From: Candidatus Thorarchaeota archaeon
GTDB taxonomy: Archaea > Asgardarchaeota > Thorarchaeia > Thorarchaeales > Thorarchaeaceae
Length of the DNA: 32,614 nucleotides
Assembly: GCA_029858305.1 (NCBI GenBank)
Contig: JAOUFI010000022.1
Span: forward strand, 1 to 32,614
Direction of reading: 5' to 3'
This document shows, piece by piece, positions 26,727 through 32,614 of the stretch (its first letter is position 1; every line of letters begins with the position of its first letter). The position numbers and the translations under genes are program-made. The notes under the pieces are model-generated. The model was given only the letters and a program-made list of their open reading frames with translations. It did not search any database and had not been told where the DNA came from.

Positions 26727-27878
26727 TTAGCGCTTCTTTCTTCGGAACTCGTGACGGTCAGATAATCGACGGGTCAACTTCTCATCCTCTCGCTGAGCTT
26801 TTGCAACCTTCTTCAGCTTGCTGCAGTTAATCCGAGCTGCTCTTCCAAGAACTGTGACTCGCTCAGCCTCTCTATCATCGCCCCTTGCCTTGTAGAGTTT
26901 TCTTGCCTTCTCCCATGCTTCCTCAGCATTACAGTAATCATCCATTCGTGCGAAAGCGGTTGCTTTTGCATCAAAGATGTCAGGATCATCCTTAACGAGT
27001 CCAGTGAGGTCATTGAAAATTCTAATAGCTTCATTCCATTCTTCCTGCTCCATTAGGATGAAGCCTAGATTGCGCATTGCAGTTGGGTACTGTCTTTTTC
27101 GTATCAGTGCTCTACGCAGATGTGTGACAGCATCATCAAGCTTGCCATCCTTATACGCAACCATGCCCATGGTGTTCTCAACACTTGCATTTGTCGGATC
27201 TATCTCAGAGGCTTTCTTGAGGCACTTCATAGCAGACTTATGTTTTCCTGCACGAAGGTTAACATCGCCAAGAATGAGCCAAGCCTCTGCGTTCTCCGGC
27301 TCTAACTTTGTAGCAGTTTCTGCAGACTTTAGGGCATCGGAGTGTTGATCACTCATAGCTAAAGCTATCGCCCTTCGGATAAATGCTGGTACTAGGTCAT
27401 CTTTCAGTTCAAGTGCAGTCTTGTAGCTCTGGTCAGCGTGTTTGAAATCACCGAGCTCCAACTGCAGGTCACCAATCCGAAGCCAGATCCCCCATTCATT
27501 CTGTACAGACTCACTAAGTCTTCGATAACAGTCCAGCTCGTCTTCCGAACGTCCAAGTACTCTAAGAGCAACCGCCTTATCCCTTAGAATCTCAAAATCA
27601 TCAGGATTGAGTTTTTGTGCATTTTCGAAGGCTTTGAGAGCCTCATTAGCCTTTTCCGGTCCGATTGATAATAAGATACGACCCCGGTTGGAGTGTGCTG
27701 GTGTGAGATTTGGATTCAACCGAATTGCTTGATCTAAGCAGCGAAGTGCTTCCCCCCACTCTTGTTTTTGAGCATGTAGAACCCCTTTTGTATTCCAGGC
27801 AGATGCATCACCAGGACTGCTTTTTAGATGATTGTCTACAGCTCTGAGTGTTTCGTCAAGGTTTTCCATGGGAATCAC
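26727..27878 (-). CDS. Tetratricopeptide-repeat protein
   Basis: About nine tandem 34-aa TPR units (e.g. AWNTKGVL...ALRCLDQAIRLNP) and a basic helical tail. Confidence 0.93.
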   Translation of the reverse strand: MIPMENLDETLRAVDNHLKSSPGDASAWNTKGVLHAQKQEWGEALRCLDQAIRLNPNLTPAHSNRGRILLSIGPEKANEALKAFENAQKLNPDDFEILRDKAVALRVLGRSEDELDCYRRLSESVQNEWGIWLRIGDLQLELGDFKHADQSYKTALELKDDLVPAFIRRAIALAMSDQHSDALKSAETATKLEPENAEAWLILGDVNLRAGKHKSAMKCLKKASEIDPTNASVENTMGMVAYKDGKLDDAVTHLRRALIRKRQYPTAMRNLGFILMEQEEWNEAIRIFNDLTGLVKDDPDIFDAKATAFARMDDYCNAEEAWEKARKLYKARGDDREAERVTVLGRAARINCSKLKKVAKAQREDEKLTRRLSDRHEFRRKKR

Positions 27879-27963
27879 GTTCTATGCTGTAAGTTGTACA
27901 CAAAAGGGTTGAGATGCCGCCTACGAAGAATACAAGTGCTTAATTGTCAAATCATTAGAGACC

Positions 27964-28698
27964 ATGAAACTCGGTAATATTCGTGCTATCATCTTCGATC
28001 TTGGAGGTACGCTCTACAAACCAGAATCAGATCTCTGTGGACTGACTAGAGAGTTCATGAACGATGTACGTGCTGTGGATCTTACAGAGCATTCAGACAC
28101 TCATATCATTAGAGCTCTTGTCGCACCGACCGACTGGTTATGGAATTATATGATCGAGAACAATGTACCTTCCAACTGGCAACCAACTACCGAGATATGG
28201 ATAGAGTACGACAGACTTCTACTATCATCTTTGGGTGTTGCTGAGAATCTCGATACGATAGCTGTTGCGTACCAGACTAAATGGGACAAGTTCTTTGAAG
28301 ATAGTCGACCAACCTTGCTCAGTGGTGTCAAGCCTGTACTTGAAACTCTACATGATCGAGGATTCAGACTTGGAATTGCCTCAAACAGATATACAGACCC
28401 TACGCGACTTTTGAAAGAGGACTCGATATTCCACCTGTTTGATGCAATTGAATACACGAACGTGCCTGGTTATGCCAAGCCGTCACCATACATGCTTTTG
28501 CGTGCAGCAGACAAATGCGGACTTAATCCAAGAAAGTGTGCATATGTTGGGAATATTGTGGACAATGACCTCATCGCAGCTCAACGAGCCGGTATGGTTC
28601 CAATCCTCCTGTCATGGTGTGATCCTGAAGAAGTCGAGAAGATCACTATTGACACTATTGTCATAGATAACATATCCGATCTCTTGGAAATTCTGTAA
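27964..28698 (+). CDS. HAD-superfamily hydrolase
   Basis: IIFDLGGTL, LGIASN, AKPSP, YVGNIVDNDLIAAQRAGM. Confidence 0.9.
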   Translation: MKLGNIRAIIFDLGGTLYKPESDLCGLTREFMNDVRAVDLTEHSDTHIIRALVAPTDWLWNYMIENNVPSNWQPTTEIWIEYDRLLLSSLGVAENLDTIAVAYQTKWDKFFEDSRPTLLSGVKPVLETLHDRGFRLGIASNRYTDPTRLLKEDSIFHLFDAIEYTNVPGYAKPSPYMLLRAADKCGLNPRKCAYVGNIVDNDLIAAQRAGMVPILLSWCDPEEVEKITIDTIVIDNISDLLEIL

Positions 28699-28765
28699 CA
28701 ACCATTGGAGAGAGGAATACCTTCATTATGTCTAATATTTCTCTGAAAGGGCGGGTGAATGCTCC

Positions 28766-29521
28766 TTGAAACAAAGAATCTTCGCACTTCTATTGCTAAC
28801 TGTCGTCGCTATTTCGACTATATCGATATCAGTCGAAGCACAGACTAACACACTTGAGTGGGGTGTGAGTGTCGATGATGAGTTCACCTACGTGCTTCAG
28901 AGAGCCTACTTTGTAGATCCAGCATACATGGTAGTTGTTGAAGAAGACCTCCCCTATATCACATATCTACCAGTCGGCGAAAAAGCTACAATGAGAGCGG
29001 CTGAGTTTGACGCTATTCCGAGCCTAATCAACGAATCGTCACAAATGCCCTTAGCATATTGTGACCTCGTACGAGCAAATGACTCAGTTTCCATTGCGAC
29101 CAACCAGACTGGATTTATTGTTCCGATAGGTGACTGGAACTTCCTGACAGAGATTGCTAACATTACTGGACTTCACGGAGTGACCCTCATTGATACTGCT
29201 GATGAGTGGGGTACGGTGGGCACAGGCACGTTTCAAGCGGGAGATGGGAGTATAATCTCAATCTATATTGAAGTACGCTATGAGAAGGAAAATGGAACTT
29301 TGAACTATCTAAGACATAAGTATGCTACTCTGGGCACAGACTTGATAGATGTGGTTCTTGTAAACTGGCACGATGGTATGCCCACAGTGATTGGCGCAGA
29401 GATTCAACTATCAACGATACTCATTATTGTTATCGGCGGAGTAGTTGGAATTATCATTGCCTTTATAGTAATTCAGTGGTATAGGAGCAAGAAACCGATT
29501 GTACGGAAACTAGGAGAGTGA
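28766..29521 (+). CDS. Exported protein with signal peptide and C-terminal membrane anchor
   Basis: MKQR plus hydrophobic stretch and VEA cleavage site; several NxS/T sequons; C-terminal TM helix followed by a basic tail. Confidence 0.8.
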   Translation: MKQRIFALLLLTVVAISTISISVEAQTNTLEWGVSVDDEFTYVLQRAYFVDPAYMVVVEEDLPYITYLPVGEKATMRAAEFDAIPSLINESSQMPLAYCDLVRANDSVSIATNQTGFIVPIGDWNFLTEIANITGLHGVTLIDTADEWGTVGTGTFQAGDGSIISIYIEVRYEKENGTLNYLRHKYATLGTDLIDVVLVNWHDGMPTVIGAEIQLSTILIIVIGGVVGIIIAFIVIQWYRSKKPIVRKLGE

Positions 29522-29874
29522 CATTGATGAAACCTGATAAAGAAGATATTCCAAGGATACTGTGTGCTGGAGATGATAGTGTACTCACATTCTCTGTGGG
29601 AGACAAGTTCTACTATCAGTTCCACCGTCACGGGTCAGTTGGCGAGGATGCCCAATTCACGATTAGAGACCCCTCAGTCATATCTCATGAACGAACAGAA
29701 ACAGAGTATCTGCATCCAGAAAATTTGAAAAAGCCGGGATGGACCGGGGGAGACGCGGAGAAAGGAAGATGGTACTTTAAGGCACTCAAACCAGGAGAAA
29801 CCACAATTGTCATTGAAGAAGTATTCCGGTCTGAGATAGAGAGCAGATGTACAATCAATATTGTTGTTGAATGA
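29518..29874 (+). CDS. Chagasin / I42 protease-inhibitor-like protein
   Basis: VGDKF...HGSVG...TGGD...RWYFKALKPGETTIVI...INIVVE resembles the I42 Ig-like fold pattern; 4-nt overlap with the upstream gene. Confidence 0.6.
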   Translation: MTLMKPDKEDIPRILCAGDDSVLTFSVGDKFYYQFHRHGSVGEDAQFTIRDPSVISHERTETEYLHPENLKKPGWTGGDAEKGRWYFKALKPGETTIVIEEVFRSEIESRCTINIVVE

Positions 29875-29877
29875 TAG

Positions 29878-30621
29878 TTAACCCTTGAAACCCCACAAAA
29901 ATGTGTATCCAGCGGAGTAGGTGAGTTCCTCTCCCCTGTGATAGGCATCTCTCAATTCAATCAAACCACGATTGTAGTCATCATCAGATATCTTATGGAG
30001 CATGGAATAACCACGCTTGGAAACCGTAGTGAGATAATCCTCTCCAAGTCGCACTGGCCGAAATGTGTACACTTGGGGATCAACTCGATGAAATCCCGCG
30101 GAATGCATCGAACCTTCAAGCACATCAATGTCAGGGTAGCGAACTTGGTCCACTTTTATTGTTGCAGGGAAGAATCGTGATGTCATCCGACTCTCTATCT
30201 GTCTATGGGACTGTGTGACTATACAGAGCCTCCCGGGATCTCTCAGAACTCGAAATAACTCACTGATGGCTTTATCCAAGTCAGGAAGATGATGTACAAC
30301 CTCAGTCATGAATACAAACTCAAAGGATTCGTCAGAAAAGGGAAGAGCATCAGCTGGAGACTGAAGCAGAGGGAGCGAATGAGATTTCGCAATTGCCTCT
30401 TTCAGCATGCCAAGGGATAGATCAAGACCAACCACACATGAACCGGAGGCAGCTGCTAGGAGGAGAGTGTTGTTGCCAGTGCCACATCCAACATCCAAGA
30501 CTCTGGTTTCTTTTGATAACGATATCCCATTTAGAATCTGGTGAACCATCTCAGGGTCTCCCACACGTACCTTGTCATAGACTTGTGAAACTTGATCATA
30601 GTCGATGGTCTTATCATCCAT
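29878..30621 (-). CDS. Class I SAM-dependent methyltransferase (type 11)
   Basis: VLDVGCGTG, VGLDLS.GML, ALPFSDESF, VVHHLPD, RVL..PG. Confidence 0.92.
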   Translation of the reverse strand: MDDKTIDYDQVSQVYDKVRVGDPEMVHQILNGISLSKETRVLDVGCGTGNNTLLLAAASGSCVVGLDLSLGMLKEAIAKSHSLPLLQSPADALPFSDESFEFVFMTEVVHHLPDLDKAISELFRVLRDPGRLCIVTQSHRQIESRMTSRFFPATIKVDQVRYPDIDVLEGSMHSAGFHRVDPQVYTFRPVRLGEDYLTTVSKRGYSMLHKISDDDYNRGLIELRDAYHRGEELTYSAGYTFLWGFKG

Positions 30622-30714
30622 TTCCTGTCGATCTAGAGATAGTCTATTCTCGATAAAACTATTGAGAAACAGTTCTCTCTTTCAATCTATCAAAAGAGAG
30701 TGGCAAGAAAGTGA

Positions 30715-30735
30715 CAGGGTCCTGAATGGACCCTG
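30715..30735. terminator. Perfect 8-bp inverted repeat downstream of the HxlR-like gene (terminator or operator)
   Basis: CAGGGTCC-TGAAT-GGACCCTG; on the minus strand it follows a T6 tract just after the stop codon. Confidence 0.4.
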
Positions 30736-30754
30736 ATCAAATCAAAAAAGATCC

Positions 30755-31144
30755 TTAGCAGGCAGATATGCTATCGTGGAAATTATTTTCCAGGGGAGCT
30801 CTTTCCGCCAGGTGGCGTATCTGGAGAAGGTGCCTGTAGAGCTGTTGACCTGCGTAAGTCAGGCTGTATTCTGCTTTCGGAGGAGAGTGTTCATGCACAG
30901 TCCCTTCGACAATACCAATCTGTGTGAGGTCTGAGAGACATTTTGAGATTGTGGAAACGCTTAGTTTCTTGCCACTACTCGAATCAATGCTGTTTCTCAG
31001 CTCATGTACATCGGTATTGTATGAACGCTCACCGAGCGCGATAATGAGAGGGACAGTACAGGGGCGCCCCAGATGAGAAAACATCTCAGTCAATGGGGAA
31101 GATATGTTTGATTCATTCGTTCTATTAACATTCATAATTAGCAA
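30755..31144 (-). CDS. HxlR-family winged-helix transcriptional regulator
   Basis: LSVSTISKCLSDL..IGIVE..VHEHSPPKAEYSLTYAGQQL. Confidence 0.82.
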   Translation of the reverse strand: MLIMNVNRTNESNISSPLTEMFSHLGRPCTVPLIIALGERSYNTDVHELRNSIDSSSGKKLSVSTISKCLSDLTQIGIVEGTVHEHSPPKAEYSLTYAGQQLYRHLLQIRHLAERAPLENNFHDSISAC

Positions 31145-31329
31145 TCGCCAACTTAGTATACAATTTTACAATGATTTTATTTAATACTTTACATTGCTTA
31201 TTTAGCAGTCTATGAGTTCTTTGTAGGTCATTTTGACAAACGCCTGTAAAAAAGTGAATGCAAACCGGGCTTCTAATAAATCAATATTATTCATAAGGCA
31301 CGATGACTAACGAGTTACGGTGAACTTGG

Positions 31330-31815
31330 GTGAGTAGGAAGTATGTGGATATCTCACGTGAGGAATTTGAAGAAGTCATGGCGCCATATAGGGCAAAGAC
31401 ATCCATCCGCTCAGTCGAGGGCGAGATAGTCTATCGCATACCACTGAAGAATGACCTATCCATCTGGGTATACTCCACAGTCAATCCTATGAGTGGTATG
31501 TCGCGAGAGCGGGGAGCTGATGCCATTAGAATGGTCCTGATGTATAAGAATAGTAAGGCAGTCATGAAGGAAACCAAAACACTTCGAACATCCAACTGGG
31601 CAAAGAATCTACAGGATAAAATCAAAGACATGACTGAGAAGACAACCGAGTATCTTTGTCCTTGGGGGCATCCACTCGTCAAGAGGACTGGGAAAGGTGG
31701 AAAGGGCTCATTCTATGGCTGTGCTAATTTTCCTGATTGCTCGTATACTTACAAGGGGGAGAAACGTCTCTCAGACATCTATGACCCTAAGAATATACCA
31801 CCTCGACAGGGATAG
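31330..31815 (+). CDS. Unknown N-terminal domain fused to a topoisomerase-type zinc finger
   Basis: C-terminal CPWGHPLVKRTGKGGKGSFYGCANFPDCSYT matches the zf-C4_Topoisom pattern. Confidence 0.8.
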   Translation: MSRKYVDISREEFEEVMAPYRAKTSIRSVEGEIVYRIPLKNDLSIWVYSTVNPMSGMSRERGADAIRMVLMYKNSKAVMKETKTLRTSNWAKNLQDKIKDMTEKTTEYLCPWGHPLVKRTGKGGKGSFYGCANFPDCSYTYKGEKRLSDIYDPKNIPPRQG

Positions 31816-31857
31816 TAATTGCTGAGTTCATGATCTATCTTCATTACAACTTAACGG

Positions 31858-32262
31858 TTATTTGAAAGAGTCACGAATTGGAGGTTCTAAGAGATAAATT
31901 AGGATTACAATCCTCAGCAGCATTGCCAGGAAATATGTCTGTAATTGCGTAATGTCTAGAAGCACGATAGAAACATTGAGTAGAAATCCAAAGAATGAAA
32001 TGAGAAATGAAAGCCACCATGCCCAGTACTGCTGTTTCCAGAGGCCGGCTCCCGCGATGACATGGCTGAGACCCACAAAAATGGTTCCTAATTGGAAGGA
32101 TCCAACAAGTGATATTTCTCCACCTGCTACTACGAAAGCGACTGTCCCACCTGTATACATGGCAAAAAGACCAACAACAACGTTGAGAACTGCGACTAGA
32201 TGTACTCCAGAAGGAATGACACTATATGACCGCATCTGAACTAGACCTGATGATTCTGACAT
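31858..32262 (-). CDS. Four-TM membrane protein of unknown function
   Basis: Four hydrophobic segments, GLWKQQYWAWW, YLLEPPIRDSF. ATG 32262 (GAGGGA upstream) preferred over 32295. Confidence 0.8.
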   Translation of the reverse strand: MSESSGLVQMRSYSVIPSGVHLVAVLNVVVGLFAMYTGGTVAFVVAGGEISLVGSFQLGTIFVGLSHVIAGAGLWKQQYWAWWLSFLISFFGFLLNVSIVLLDITQLQTYFLAMLLRIVILIYLLEPPIRDSFK

Positions 32263-32411
32263 TGTATTAACATCCCTCGTGTTTCTAGAACACAATCAAC
32301 TGTTGTGTGACTATTCCTAATGAAGATGACGACCTGAACGAACTCTTAGACTCGCTCTATTGGGCTTGGAGGTCCAGAATTATGGCCTATCGATTCAGAA
32401 CTTGTTCTGAC

Positions 32412-32614
32412 TCATGTTTCGTTAGCGGTCGACTCCACCTCGATAGAACCAGATAGAGCATCAGGATAGCCTCGCCGGCTCTCCATAAAACGCAGCATGA
32501 GAACGAACAGCCAGACCAATGCTGCGATGATTATCGCGGACAAGTCATTTTGAGTTTTATAGAGATATGTGAAAGCGATGAACAGTGACTGGTGAGCAAA
32601 CATTGCGACTAGAA
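32412..32614 (-). CDS. C-terminal part of a membrane protein, possibly CPBP (CAAX/Abi) protease family; 5' end outside the window
   Basis: Frame open to the window edge: LVAMFAHQSLF resembles the CPBP terminal His motif, followed by a TM helix. Confidence 0.5.
   Translation of the reverse strand, partial: LVAMFAHQSLFIAFTYLYKTQNDLSAIIIAALVWLFVLMLRFMESRRGYPDALSGSIEVESTANET

Noticed and set aside
1649-32239. Many 60-170 aa ORFs antisense to or nested in the called genes (e.g. 1649-1933, 11921-12310, 15805-16314, 26977-27348)
   Set aside because: They overlap genes with clear family motifs and show no motifs of their own; treated as shadow ORFs.
32320-32410. ATGAAGA...CTGA resembling another C/D RNA
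   Set aside because: Imperfect C box, no terminal stem and unsuitable box spacing.
32307-32456. 49-codon plus-strand ORF (VTIPNEDDDLNELLDSLYWAWRSR...)
   Set aside because: GTG start without an obvious RBS, overlaps the 3' end of the opposite-strand gene, and has no supporting motif.
1-32614. CRISPR arrays, tRNA/rRNA genes, transposases or integrases
   Set aside because: No periodic repeats, cloverleaf motifs or recombinase signatures seen by eye; intergenic gaps are short.

Overview
Gene-dense archaeal chromosomal window. Archaeal markers include PriL, ABCE1/RLI, bifunctional FBP aldolase/phosphatase, DUF763, a small TOPRIM protein and GGTGA-type ribosome-binding sites. The gene mix (very large FtsX-type permeases, TPR proteins, Ogg1, parvulin) suggests an Asgard archaeon such as Thorarchaeia, but that is inference only. 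About 36 protein genes cover carbon metabolism, translation recycling, replication/repair, a four-gene MacB/LolCDE-type ABC system, hydrolases and methyltransferases. I found no rRNA, tRNA, CRISPR array or intact mobile element. The most notable signals lie outside the ORF track. Two intergenic box C/D guide-RNA candidates (6963-7039 +, 20203-20273 -) each have perfect C and D boxes closed by a terminal stem in K-turn geometry; the first has an 11-nt guide complementary to a conserved archaeal 16S rRNA segment. A third C/D- or SECIS-like hairpin lies at 1396-1448 (-). Protein-level oddities include an ABCE1 with one Fe-S cysteine replaced by Glu, an ABC ATPase fused to an AbrB-like module plus zinc ribbon, and a TFS-like zinc ribbon lacking acidic catalytic residues upstream of priL. 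All family calls and rRNA target matches come from motif recognition and recalled consensus sequences, not database searches.
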